From Lytechinus pictus (taxonomy: Eukaryota), in contig NC_087250.1 of NCBI RefSeq assembly GCF_037042905.1, positions 16,866,001-16,930,000 on the forward strand: 64,000 nt of DNA. The letters run 5' to 3'. Both the position numbers and the translations under genes were made by a program. Numbering within the stretch: the stretch's first letter is position 1; the number at the start of each line of letters is the position of its first letter. Of the stretch, positions 51,199 through 64,000 are shown one piece after another. The notes beneath the pieces are model-generated. The model saw only the letters and a program-made list of their open reading frames with translations. It was not told where the DNA came from and made no database searches.

Positions 51199-51743
51199 CC
51201 AACATATTACAAAATTTGAGAAAGCAATGATACCACACAACCGTCAAACGTTCGGAACAGTAGGCCCAATAATATGTGTAAGAGACATGGTTATGTTCCA
51301 ATTCACGAATTTTCCGTGACATAGGCAAAATACGAAAAAGTTGGGGAGACTTCAGCAGCCCCTTGCATGCCTGGAGAGGGTATGCTTCAGTGTTCCAGCA
51401 CATGTTAATAATACGTATCTGATAGAGAAAATCCTACTTTATTGCCTCCAAGTGATTAAAAAAACGGTAAAAATGGCTTTACTAATAAGCAGAAACGCAT
51501 TTTCCTCAATGAGGCTCCAAACTTCTACATGGACGCCGTTGTGTGAACAACTACTTCGACAGCTCCGGGTTGATTTGTTTCATTTTACTTACAATTTCAC
51601 ATATATATTCATTATATTCCGGATTTTAACAGCTCAAGAACTTTGCCTTGGTATTCAAGTATTCATTGGACCTATTTTGGAAAGATATTCCTCACTTATT
51701 TTCTGGGTTTTTGATGACATTAGAGAGAACAGCATAAGGTAAA

Positions 51744-52630
51744 ATGCCTCGCGACCTACGTTCGCAATCGAACCCTAAAACCAATGAGCGAATCCACGCT
51801 GCTGGCCCCGGTGCTATTGAGACTTCGGGGACTCAAAACGTTCCCGTACGCGCAACTACTGATAGTACATCGAATGCCAATGGGTCGCTATCACTTATGG
51901 ATGTGAACAAAAACATGGAATCATCGTTCTCAAGGGTTTTCGAAAAGCTGGACTTACAGCTGATATTGCTGCTATCAAAACAAAAGTAAATGATATGGAA
52001 GGAGCTGTTGAGTTCAATTCGGGAAAAGTTATGGAGATCGAGAAGGATATTATCCCGAAAATTACGGCCAACATGGAGTCTCGAATTGCTGACCCGCAAA
52101 ATCAGCTCACTTCGATGGAGATTTACAACCGCCGTTCCAACTTGCTCTTCTACGGTCTACATGAGGATCCTAACGAAAACGTCTTCCAAGTCATCCGCAA
52201 GTGCATCGTTGATCTCGGAATTGCCGCTGACGAAGCGGCCAACATGGCGTTTGTTAACGCTCATCGTCTTCATCGACGCGCAACCCAAGGTGCACGCAAC
52301 CCTACTCAACCCACAGCTCCCAGCCCAATAATCGTTAAATTTGTCTACATGACTGACCGAAACCAAGTTCTATCTGCCTTCGAGAATAGAGATCGACGAC
52401 CACGACCCAACGTGCAACATCCTGCCGGTACTCCAACTCGCATCTCGATCCGCACGGACCTCCCCCCTGCTCTCAAGGCTAGGCGTGGTCATCTCGCTAA
52501 GATTGCATACGACATGAGGAAAAAGGATGGCGTGTCGACCAAAATATTGCTAAAAAACAACAAGGTTTGTCTTCAATGGAAACAAAAAGGAGCATCTACT
52601 TGGAATGACTACCAACTTCAGGATGAGTAA
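51744..52630 (+). pseudogene. LINE ORF1 with one frameshift near 51950
   Basis: MPRDLRS...FEKLD continues in another frame as LTADIAAIKTKVNDMEG...EIYNRRSNLLFYGLHE, AHRL, PIIVKF, TDLP. Confidence 0.82.
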
Positions 52631-55600
52631 AGTATACCGGTAATCTTCTTCTAGTCAATTCATGCACTTTTAAAAGAAAAGAAAAAATGTTATCGAGAAG
52701 ATCCTATATTTAAGAAAAAAAAAATCCTTTGTGATACTCTGATGAATATTCACAGTCATTCCTATATTAATTTCAAGATCTCCCAACTGGTTTTCTTCAT
52801 TCCCTAAGATTTCTTGATGAATGAGAAAAAGATACCTGTATTCATTATGTAAAGAACAAACAGTCGAATCTACCAGTCGCTTCGTTTACTCCAATTATTT
52901 CCTGAGCATTTTTTATCTGTCGACATTTTATTGGAGTATACCTTGTTAATGTAATCGAGGTGTTCTTTAATCTTATTAGTCAAACTTTTTCTGAATGATC
53001 ATTGATTCGATATGTCTCTGTGATAATCAAACAAATTCTACGTAAGGTGAGTACATATTACTCTCCGTTAATATTTTTTGAATTATTTTACTTGTTTGAT
53101 AGAAGTAAGCTATAGTATTTGTGGTATTAGATATTCCCCTTTTCATGTTTTCCTCACATTTCACAGGGGTATACCTTTTTGTTATGACTATACATTATGA
53201 CTCATTTTGTCAGTGACAATTTGACAGCTCGAAACTAACATAACCACTTAGCCAAATAAAATGAAATGTAGTAGTTTATTCTACTCCCCCATCTGAGATC
53301 AAAGTTGTCAACTAAATAAATGCATGTGACATCAGTCACAACCTTTTCGATATTTCAAGAAACTGTTACTTTCTGATATTTCGTAGGAGTATACCTCGTG
53401 ATTATAACAGGTATAATCGAGAATCTAGATGTTCTTATTCCTAAAATGTTGTCCAAACTTGTCCCACCTTTGGATGGGTCTCATGATTTATTTTCTCTGC
53501 GATAATGACAGTGTCTCTTTATGTCTGTTAACTTATCCTTTTATTGAAGATTTTTGAAGATTGCATTCTCATGATTCACATTAATGATAATTTTTGCCAC
53601 AAGTATATAAATTACATTTGTAACTTTCGTCTGAAGTTCAATGGTTAAGATTATTACCAGTTGTAAATGGGATGAGAGATAGTAAAATTTGTATCAGATT
53701 GACAACTGGCTTAATAATTTACTTTGCATATTAATGTTGGATGATGAAAAGCATTCATGTATACAATGGCTCACTTTGTCAGTGAGAAATTTACATTTCA
53801 CAGACTTTGGCAGCTCGTGAATATCAAACCATCTTACGAAACTAACATTCAACCTATCAAATTTCTTTCCTAGTAAAGCTTGATTTCGTTCCTAGTAAAG
53901 CTTGATTTCGTTCACAATGTTCACATACCAATATGGTATGTGATCTTCTTTTTGATGTTTCAGCACAACTTTTCCTTCTGTACTTTCAACTAAGTTTTTA
54001 GCCATTTTGTCTAAAGTTCACTGGTTAAGACGAACAGGTGTATATATAACAGACAGAATCTAGGGTTAAATTTGAATCTGATTGTGGCTTATTGATATAC
54101 TTTACATATTGATAATCATTTTATTTTTTTTTACATGAAGAACCTTTTTGTCCCACATTTTATTTTTTACTAACAATTCACCGTAGACCGCAATTAATTT
54201 TGAATCTGATTGTGGACATTTATGCAGACATTTATATTTTACACTGATTACTATTCTAACTAAGAAAAGGATATGCATGCATATGGAATCATCATGATTT
54301 TCAAATTTCCTGGTTTTTTTTTATATAATACTTCCACAGTAATTTAACTTTTTATATAGGAGTCAAGTTCGTGATTACAGTTGATATAGCTATATACGCT
54401 TACATTGTCGCCCAGGCTTAGTCCACCAACACTTCTCCATTTCTATCCGATGGGAACTGTAATTCATTTTCTCTGTGTCAACATGATAGCTTATTCGGGT
54501 CATTGCAAAAACTTCTGAATCTATTTTTCAAGTTGACAATGAATCGGAGATTGAATTTTTCATTTCCACATCAAGATAAATCTTATGTTAGATGTATCGC
54601 ACCAAAAATAGGAATTTACTTATGTAACTGCCCTCAACATTATTTTGCCTCCCTGCTTATGTGTTTTATATTTCTTATAATTATTTGTACTTTAATCTTT
54701 CAATACATAAGTAGATGAACCTGGAACAGAATAGGGTCAGATTTAAATACGATTATTCATATACTGTACATCATGGATAAAGATACAAAACTTTGTTTTT
54801 TGTCCTTCATTATGAGAAAAACAAATTACCACGCAAGGCAATAAGTATGAATACAGTGTGAATATATACATTATACTTGAAATTAATTTTATATACAGAC
54901 AGAATATCATATTTGAATAACCTGGTTGGTTATTACTTTTATAATTTATTGTTTTAACTCGTTTTAGCTAAATTTAATACCCAATAAGTATTTTCCATAT
55001 TTTTTTTCTGATCAGTTCACTGGGAGTACACCAGTCTACAGTTAAGATCTTCAGAATCGCTCAATTCTGGTTGATGTATATTTAATTTAATGGTCATGTT
55101 GTAGTACAAAGTCTGGTTGATATAAACTGGGATTTTGTTTCAGCTAGACTTTTATGTAAAATAATTTCCTGAATTTCAGAATAATGACTGTTTCATTGTT
55201 ACTACTGTAGGGGGCTACTTCAATTTCGTTGTGATTAAGATAGTAATCTGATAGTCATTCACATTCACTTCAACTATCTGTAATACAAATACTAGTAATA
55301 CAAATATAGCAATCTTCTCTGTGTTAAGCTCTTAGCTTTTAAATATGCAAGAATTTTATCATGTCCATGAAACTCTATTCAATACATCTTCATTACTGTC
55401 TTGTTTGACACATCATTGATTACAGATAACGTTTACTGATATCAGTCTACCATTATTTATATTATGTGAGCCCTTTTTGGAAGTCATTCAGATGGTATGC
55501 ATGCTTCTGCTTTGTAACTGCTGTCTATACATTAATCATCTGCATACTTTCTAAGACCGATGTTTACCAGAGGATGCATACCTATTTCAGAACCCTTAAT

Positions 55601-56304
55601 TGAATAGTTGTATAGGGTTACAGATACGTCTACGGGGACCTTTACAATGGTGAATTATATACACTGTGCCCTCCCCCCCCCCAAAAAAAAAAAAAATTAT
55701 TCTGTTCAAATCTACTACAATCAACAAATATTTTGCTTTCAATGATCTTTTGTAAGTGTCAAATCTATGCATGTATTATGTTTATGTGTATATAGTCTAC
55801 GGGACAGGTGAGCATCTAGATTTAGCCATACAGCTAATTCGTATTCAAATGAGAAGTCTTAACCTAGAGATTGATGCATTGATTGAAAGCAAGGTATCTA
55901 TCCTGATTATTGCATTCCATAATACACGTGTCTGATGTGTAAATTTGGACTTTGTGGTCACGATTGCATGCACTTATTATGTCATTCTACATATTCCCAC
56001 GTGTTTGAATTTTTTATCACTCAAAGTCAGTCTGCTTTTACAGACCATTGGAACTTCTATTACTGTCTGTACCAAATTTCTTCACAAGGTTCAACGAATC
56101 CCGGATGATTTCTTTGTTTTCTCCTATTTCTCCCCCCTTTTCACTCGATTTGTCACTCAGCAGCCCGGAGTCTGTTCGTCACACTAGTGTACGCGCACCC
56201 AATCCGACACATCCTTACATTAAGCAAATACACTGCACCCACCTGCACGCACCTTTCACCCTAAATTCAGTACACCGTATTGGTAACCGAAATTTCAGCC
56301 ATTT

Positions 56305-59268
56305 ATGAACCTGGATGACGTTTTAAACAACGCTTTATTTACACCTCAGTGTAAATACTACACTGCAAACGAATTCAATATAGCTTTTAATACCACCAAA
56401 ATCGATAAACCAATCGACTTTAGCTTTATGCACATTAATATTAGAAGCTTGCAAAAAAACTTTGATACTTTCAGTGAGTTTTTATCCGTATTGAATACTT
56501 TTCCATTTTCTTTGATCGCAATGTCAGAAACCTGGTTACATTCAACAACTCCAAACATTTTTAATATTGACAATTATACATTAAAACATAACGATCGTAA
56601 ACATGGAATGGGAGGGGGTGTTGCTTTTTACATTCATAATGATCTACATTTCAAAATAAGACATGATATTAAACTTGAAGGTATAGAATCGTTATTCATA
56701 GAAATTGTTGAGGACAACAAAAAAAATAAAATAGCTGGTATTGTCTATAGACCACCAAATAATATCATTAACACATTTTTGGACAGATTGGAAACATGCC
56801 TTGAAAAGATATCACGCGAAAACAAGGACGTTTATTTCATGGGTAATTTCAATATAGACATTTCAAAGCCTTACACTCCACTTGGTCAACAGTTTATTGA
56901 TTTATTTTCCTCATTTTCTTTTAAATCACTCATTAATAAACCAACGCGGATAACTAGTACAACACACACAATACTAGATAATATTTTTTCCAATGTAGGT
57001 ACTTTTAATGATAAAGACAACAACGGAATAATTTACTATGACATTTCAGATCATTTACCCATATTCACGATATGTCAAGATGACAAACACTTACCAAAAC
57101 AACAAAATAACGAAAAAATTACCCGACGAAAAGAAACTTTACGTAACATACAATCTCTTAAAACTGATTTGAGTGCAGAGGGTTGGGCAGATGTTTATAG
57201 AGAAGACAATATCAATAAATCATATGACATATTTTTAAATAAACTTCTTTACTATTATGACAAAAATGTACCTTTGACAAGAATCAAACCTGGTAAAAAT
57301 AAGAATAAACAACCATGGATCACCCAAGGTATAATTCAATCAATATTCACCCGTAATCGATTATATAAGATATCGCTTAAATCACCAACTCTAGAACATT
57401 TAAATAAATACAAGAAATACCGTAATAAATTAACCTCAATAATTCGCTTGGCTCGAAGATCGTACTTTTCTAATAAAATTGAAATAAATAAGGATAATAA
57501 CAAAACATTGTGGCATACAGTAAATGAAATGTTAAATAAAAATACGCGTGATTTTAACAATGTTGAGTTCCTTTTAAACGGGCATAAAACGCAAGACCCT
57601 TCAGAAATTGCTAATGCATTTAATTCTTTTTTTACCAATGTTGGTCCTAATCTTGCATCTAAAATTGCAACTAATGCCAATGATTTTTCTACATATTTAG
57701 GTAATCATGCCGAACATTCTTTATTTTTTATCCCTACCAATACTCATGAAATCATAGAAATTGTTCGGTCTTTTAAATCTACTAAATCCAGTGGCCATGA
57801 CGGTATCAGTGTATGTTTACTTAAAGAAATAATTCATTATTTAGCTTCTCCGCTGTCATATATTTTCAATTTATCTCTCTCAAATGAAATTTTTCCGGAT
57901 CAACTAAAAATTGCAAAAATAATTCCTATTTACAAAAAAGAAGACCCTTGCCAAATCTCTAACTACCGTCCCATTTCATTATTACCCAGTATATCCAAAA
58001 TACTTGAAAAAATTGTTTACAAACGATTGTACTCTTTTCTGGATACAAATAAATTATTAATCTCAAATCAATATGGCTTTAGGAAAAATCATTCAACTGA
58101 CTATGCAATCTTACAATTACATGATAAAGTAATAGATTCACTTTCTAAAAATGAACACACCGTTGGGGTCTTTATGGATCTATCGAAGGCATTCGATACT
58201 ATGGATCACCATATTCTTTTGTGTAAATTAAAGACTTACGGAATCAGAGGTATTGTTTTATCATGGTTTAATGATTATTTATCCAACAGACGTCAGTATG
58301 TTAATTTTCATTATAAATCATCCCAAGTTTGTACCGTTAAGTGTGGGGTACCACAGGGCTCCATCCTAGGCCCTTTGTTATTTTTAATTTATATGAATGA
58401 TATAATTAATGCATCACCTCTACTTACCTATGTTCTCTTTGCAGATGACACTTATGTATTTTATTCTCACAAAAACTTAGACATACTTGAAACAATACTT
58501 AATCACGAATTAGATAAATTGTCTATGTGGTTTAAATCAAACAAACTCTCCTTAAACATTAACAAAACAAATTTCATATACTTTAAACACCTTAATTCTA
58601 AACATACATTTCGTGGTTCCATTCAAATTAATAACATCAGTCTCATTGAAAAACAAGAGACAACATTTTTAGGGGTAATAATCGATTATAATTTAACTTG
58701 GAACAGCCACATTCATAATGTTAGCACACTAGTTGCCAGAGGTATTGGTATATTATATAAACTCAAATATTGTCTTTCCCAAAGATCACTATTTATGTTG
58801 TACAATTCTTTTATTTTATCACATATTTCATATTGCAATATATTGTGGGGTAATAGCAACAAAACAAAAATAGATTCAATTCTGCGCCTTCAAAAAAAGG
58901 CACTCCGTATTTGCACCCATTCGCAATATTTAGCTCACTCTGATCCCATTTTTCGGAAACTCAAAACGTTGAAAATAAACGATATCCATACTTTACAATC
59001 TGCCATTTTTATGTACAAATTCTCAACCAATGCTATACCTACATCCTTTCAAAACATGTTTACCTACAATAGCGACATTCATTCACATCCTACACGTCAC
59101 TCATCAGACTTTCATTTGACAAACCCGAAAATAATTTTAGCACAGAAAACAATTACACACCACGGCCCAGATATATGGAACAACATACCAAATCATATTA
59201 AACTCACTGCATCTGTCTTTTCTTTTAAAGCTTCATTGAAAAAATATATTTTATCCAGATATTCATAA
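56305..59268 (+). CDS. LINE ORF2: APE endonuclease plus reverse transcriptase (987 aa), GDFN changed to GNFN
   Basis: HINIRSL, SETWL, YRPP, SDH; QYGFR, DLSKAFD, GVPQGSILGP, FADDT. Confidence 0.95.
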   Translation: MNLDDVLNNALFTPQCKYYTANEFNIAFNTTKIDKPIDFSFMHINIRSLQKNFDTFSEFLSVLNTFPFSLIAMSETWLHSTTPNIFNIDNYTLKHNDRKHGMGGGVAFYIHNDLHFKIRHDIKLEGIESLFIEIVEDNKKNKIAGIVYRPPNNIINTFLDRLETCLEKISRENKDVYFMGNFNIDISKPYTPLGQQFIDLFSSFSFKSLINKPTRITSTTHTILDNIFSNVGTFNDKDNNGIIYYDISDHLPIFTICQDDKHLPKQQNNEKITRRKETLRNIQSLKTDLSAEGWADVYREDNINKSYDIFLNKLLYYYDKNVPLTRIKPGKNKNKQPWITQGIIQSIFTRNRLYKISLKSPTLEHLNKYKKYRNKLTSIIRLARRSYFSNKIEINKDNNKTLWHTVNEMLNKNTRDFNNVEFLLNGHKTQDPSEIANAFNSFFTNVGPNLASKIATNANDFSTYLGNHAEHSLFFIPTNTHEIIEIVRSFKSTKSSGHDGISVCLLKEIIHYLASPLSYIFNLSLSNEIFPDQLKIAKIIPIYKKEDPCQISNYRPISLLPSISKILEKIVYKRLYSFLDTNKLLISNQYGFRKNHSTDYAILQLHDKVIDSLSKNEHTVGVFMDLSKAFDTMDHHILLCKLKTYGIRGIVLSWFNDYLSNRRQYVNFHYKSSQVCTVKCGVPQGSILGPLLFLIYMNDIINASPLLTYVLFADDTYVFYSHKNLDILETILNHELDKLSMWFKSNKLSLNINKTNFIYFKHLNSKHTFRGSIQINNISLIEKQETTFLGVIIDYNLTWNSHIHNVSTLVARGIGILYKLKYCLSQRSLFMLYNSFILSHISYCNILWGNSNKTKIDSILRLQKKALRICTHSQYLAHSDPIFRKLKTLKINDIHTLQSAIFMYKFSTNAIPTSFQNMFTYNSDIHSHPTRHSSDFHLTNPKIILAQKTITHHGPDIWNNIPNHIKLTASVFSFKASLKKYILSRYS

Positions 59269-59911
59269 ATCTCTCACCTGCACTTGCACCCACTAGCACT
59301 CACTAGCACACACTTCATTTGTCAATTTCTACCTTTTTCCCCGTTATTTGATGATTCGTGACATTAATTTTTTTTCTTACAGACACAATTAATTTCTTAG
59401 GTTTCCATGTAGCCCTTCCCTTTTTTGGCTGCTATGCTTCAAGCATATATTTGCTTATATAGTTTGCCTCTGCATTTTACTTATTATATATATTTTTTAT
59501 ATATTGTATTTATGTCTTTCTCCAGTCACTACATATAAGATTGTCACTTGGTTATGTACTTTATGCTATATTATGATTATGTCTCAAGCATTGTAAATTT
59601 GTTTTGTATATATTCCAATAAATGCAGAAAATCCTGCAAAAAAAAAAATGGCGGATTTTTCAAGAGATGGGCAAAACAGGATAAACGGATGCTGGGGTAA
59701 AATCTGCAGCCCCCCCCCCCCCCCCCCTGGGAGTAGGCTTTGCTGTGTCAGCACTTCTTTATGAATCTGATAGAGAAAGGCCCTTTTTTGCGTCTCCACG
59801 TGATTTCAAGAAAGTAAAAGTGTTTTTTCTACATAGCCGAAACACCATTTGCCACAATGGGGGTCCAAAAAGCACGATATTTTAATAGTCAAACTTTGGA
59901 TAAGGATGGGG

Positions 59912-60715
59912 CAGTGTTGTAGTGCCTTGGCCTGAATGCGCCTTAAGGCCTACTTTATCAAAGCCTTGGCCTTGAACATTCAAGCCTAGGCCTTGATGAT
60001 TTTGAGCCTTGAAACTTCAGGGCATTTTCAAGGCTTTTTAAAGGCATTTTGTATTTTGTACTTTCATTTGTTTTTATATAAGTAATTATACATTTTTCTG
60101 TATATTTAATGACACTAAGGTCAATACTACCAGTCAGCAGTAGCAGTAACATTAATAAGTGTACTAGCGGTGCCATCAATTGTAATTATCACCATTATCA
60201 ATAATTATCATCACATAATTATGTAACAAAGAAAACAGCAGTGATGAAAAGTAACATTATTTATTAGTAATGTGCTGTAATCATGACTAATGAGGATAAT
60301 GACCATATCAATAATAATGATGACAATATTTATGATAAATATTATTGTGATTTGATGACAGGAATAATTCTGACAGATCTGACTGCAATTTTGACTTTAA
60401 AGAATGATAAAAAGTTTGATTTCTATTCCACAAGGATTTTTCTTGCATTATTATTTGGCCAACAAAGGATTTTTTAAGTCTTAATGATATTCAGAAAAGA
60501 TTTGGTAAGCTTGAACACAATCTTCATTGTTTTCATTTCCAAGTACGCTATGTCAATGGCATGATGAGCCAAACATTTTGAGGGGCCAAGCATGGCATAT
60601 AGAGCAAAATTTCTGCCCCAAAAAGTTGAAAGCGATTGAAGCGAGTGAGCGAGTAAAATTTTTCACCCTCTTTCTATTAGAAAAGCTGATTTTGTGATAG
60701 ATTGTGACAATATCA
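59912..60715. mobile_element. Left part of a hAT-like element of the 41901-44795 family
   Basis: Starts CAGTGTTGTAGT and is collinear with about 41901-42740; right end not seen. Confidence 0.8.
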
Positions 60716-60847
60716 CAACCAAGATCTTTTTGAGATGTTCTGTAAATTTTCCACAGCCAATATGTAATTGAGAAATATCTTGGATTGTCCACAATCAAGT
60801 TCAATTGAAATATATTGTATGATTTGTGGCGTTCTCATTGTAGTCCC

Positions 60848-61018
60848 GGGGGCCGTTTCATAAAGCTGTTCTCAAGTTAAGAGCGACTTTAAGAACGACT
60901 GGTGAACCCTTATACGCGCTAAACAATCGCCAATTCAATACCATTTACCATAAGAAAGGATCACCAGTCGTTCTTAAAGTCGCTCTTAACTTACGAACAG
61001 CTTTATGAAACACCCACC
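60848..61018. mobile_element. Hairpin MITE
   Basis: GTTTCATAAAGCTGTTC..AAGTTAAGAGCGACTTTAAGAACGACTGGTGA and its inverse. Confidence 0.8.
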
Positions 61019-61979
61019 TGGATGTACTTTAATATCGCTAAATTTATTTATAATTTGATTGCCTTTGGACTAAGATTACATTAATCCAATCAGCATTTTA
61101 AATGCATTGTACATGTCATTGATGCCATAGCAAATACTGCATTTGCCTGTCAGCATTATCATGTTTTACTCATGCTTAAATCTATTCATGAATTCACTTG
61201 TGAACACAATGCGTAACGTATTCAGGAATCTAAAAGAAATTCTTTGCTCTGCTTTTACAACTTTAATTATTATTAATATATTCCGTCTCATTGAGTGACC
61301 AAATGTCTAATTAGAATCAAATATGTACGACCATTTGACCCTTGTATAGTTTAATGACAGAGACTCCTGTAAATACCCCCTCCCCTTCCAAACACAAATA
61401 AATGTGTATGTTCATTATGATTCTAATCACGCTTCCCCAAACTTGATTTTATTTGCTTGCATAAAATATAGATATACTGAGCAGGCCATTACAATTTTTT
61501 TTAATAGCATTTCTCGTGACATCATACTTATCTAATTTCTATTTCTGGTTCTTTGTATACAATTTTGTTCAAGCAGGTTCCTACCAATCATGCAGAAATT
61601 CGTAAATACCAAAGGGAACTTCTAAAATAGCTTTATCTATACACAAGCAGGGGTTAACCATCGCCGTTTCACTGTTTCGCTCTATTATCTCAAACATGCT
61701 CTATCTAAATGTTATGTTTTCATTTCATGTCATGTTTTCTTTTATTTCTTTCTCTCATATCATTGTCTCCTTCTCATCACTTAGTTATATCCCACTACAC
61801 ACACGCATTGCACTATCTAGTCCCTATTTCCAAATGTTGGGATCGTTATCCAGCTGGCTCAATTGGAATTGGAAAGTATTTATTACTAAAAATATTTATG
61901 TAGTGTTGGGATTCGTTCCCCAGTCTCTCTTGCGTTAGCAACGGAATTTCCTTTCAACTCTTTTGACGACGACGAGTTT

Positions 61980-63952
61980 TTGTTCCAGCTTCATGCAGAT
62001 AGGCAAATCACTAGAGCTCTAAATAATCCCGAATACGACAACAGCATCTCTTATGATTTAAATACAAACTCAGAAGAGTTTCCCCTTAACTTTGATGACA
62101 ATGACCCAGTACAACAGTTTGCTTCATCTAAATACTGTACGGTAAATGAATACAAATCGAATAGTTTGAACAATATAAATGAAAACACGTTTCTTTTACA
62201 TTTAAATATAAAGAGCCTGAACAAGAATGTTGATCAGCTTGATCTACTTCTAGAACATTTTAATTCACATGATAGCCCTATTATTGGTCTGACTGAAACG
62301 TGGCTCCAACACTCTAGTAACTCTCTTTTGAATATTGATGATTATTATTTACTCACAAACAACAGACATAATAGACCAGGAGGTGGTGTTGGTATGTATA
62401 TACCGAACCGACTAGATTACTCTTGTTTAAACAATCTTACCCACATGACTGAAAGTCTTGAATCACTTTTTATAGAGGTTAAAAATAAACACAGTAGGAA
62501 TGTTATAATGGGGGTGATTTACCGCCCTCCACAATGTCCCCATGATGATTTCCTAAGAGATATCCAAAACATTTTACAAAGTCCAATAATTCAAAATAAA
62601 CACTGTTTCTTAATAGGTGACTTCAATGCCAATTTGTTGCAGTCCAATGCTCAAGGATTTCCTCACGATTTTCTTGAAATGATTCTTTCGGCTTCTTTTT
62701 TACCTACCATAACTAAACCTACGAGAGTAACAGACCGATCTTCCACATTAATTGATAACATTTTTACTAATATGCAAGATATGCCTTTAGAATCAGGAAT
62801 CGTTATTTCTGATATATCTGACCATTACCCTATTTTTTTGTACTAGTAGAACTACTCTTTTAAACACCGAGATGAAAGTCGTAATTCTAAAATAAAAACT
62901 CGATGTTTAAATGCCAGAAATTTAGAACGCCTCAATAAAAATTTAAGTACAGTTGACTGGCAACAAATTTTTAATTCTGAATATGTGAATGAGGCTTACG
63001 ATAATTTTATTGATATTTTAAAGGATGAATTTGATATTTGTGTACCATTTAGAGAACGAGTGAGTAACTATAAAACATACCCTAGATCTTCATGGGTAAC
63101 TAAATCTATCTTAAGATCGATTAACCGGAAAAATAATCTGTTTTATAAATACAAAACTAATCCAAATAATAAGAATCGTGAAAAATACACTCGATATAAA
63201 AATGTTTTGACCAATTTACTACGACAAGCGAAAAAACATTATTATGCTATGCAATTTGAGCTTAATAAAAATAACATGAGAAACACATGGAAAATAATTA
63301 ACAGAACATTAAACAGAAACAGTAAAACGCAAAAAATATCAAAACTAAATCAGAGACTAACGATCTAATTGAAGAACCTCAACCGATAGCTGAGACTTTT
63401 AACTCGTACTTCTCTCAAATTGGAGAAAAACTTGCAGAAAATATTCCGCAGCTGGCAGTAAATTTGATAATTATCTGGGGAATAATAACACATCTTCTTT
63501 GTTTTTTGTCCCTACTGACCGTGCGGAAATTTTCGGTATAGTGAATAGGTTAGAAGGAAAGAAACGTTCAGGACACGACGAGATTGATAACTGTCTCCTC
63601 AAATCCATAATCTTCACAATAGCGACTCCGCTGGCCCACATTTTTAACCTATCACTCATTAGTGGCATTGTACCAAATAACATTAAAATTGCGAAAGTAA
63701 TCCCACTATTTAAAAAAGGAGACACATCTGAAACAAAAAAATTACAGACCAATATCACTGTCACCATCATTATCCAAAGTTTGGGAAAGGGTCGTATTTA
63801 TTTGAGTGACAGACTTCTTAAACAAACATAATATTTTTTGCGAATCACAGTTTGGCTTTCGAGCAAATCACAATACAACTCAAGCGGTATTAAAATGCAT
63901 CGATACATTATCACATGCCGTTGATCAACATTTACATACAATTGCAATATTC
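61980..63952 (+). pseudogene. Degraded CR1/L2-group LINE ORF2 (EN and start of RT), broken before DLSKAFD
   Basis: HLNIKSL, TETWL, YRPP, GDFN, SDH, KIAKVIPLFKKGD, QFGFR; stop at 62844 and several frameshifts. Confidence 0.9.
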
Positions 63953-64000
63953 CACATTTACTCTTAATGAAACATTTATAAATTCACATACGATGTAAAT

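Larger units (their letters stand above)
51500..59648 (+). mobile_element. Near full-length CR1/L2-group LINE with a long inter-ORF spacer; 5' end approximate
   Basis: ORF1, 3.7 kb non-coding gap, ORF2, 3' UTR with AATAAA near 59617. Confidence 0.7.

Overview
AT-rich, repeat-dense animal genomic DNA. The repeat types and lectin architecture suggest an invertebrate deuterostome such as a sea urchin (inference). On the minus strand I can reconstruct a six-exon secreted gene of about 395 aa: signal peptide, C-type lectin domain, Thr/Pro mucin stalk and PAN/apple domain (51126 to 40132). Its terminal PAN exon lies in an 8-11 kb unit that is tandemly triplicated (about 13310-41938). This leaves three intact, diverged, splice-competent PAN last exons behind one set of upstream exons. 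The two internal duplication junctions carry an inverted pair of tRNA-like genes, and the left boundary carries a Penelope-like remnant with a hammerhead-like motif. Also present: an orphan plus-strand C-type lectin exon, two near full-length CR1/L2-group LINEs (one nested in an older LINE, one with a 3.7 kb inter-ORF spacer), a degraded third LINE, several LINE 3' fragments, an Academ-like element, a Helentron/HINE-like element, tRNA-SINEs and many MITEs. Many insertions are confirmed by empty sites in the paralogous copies. All calls are from reading by eye; no searches were run.
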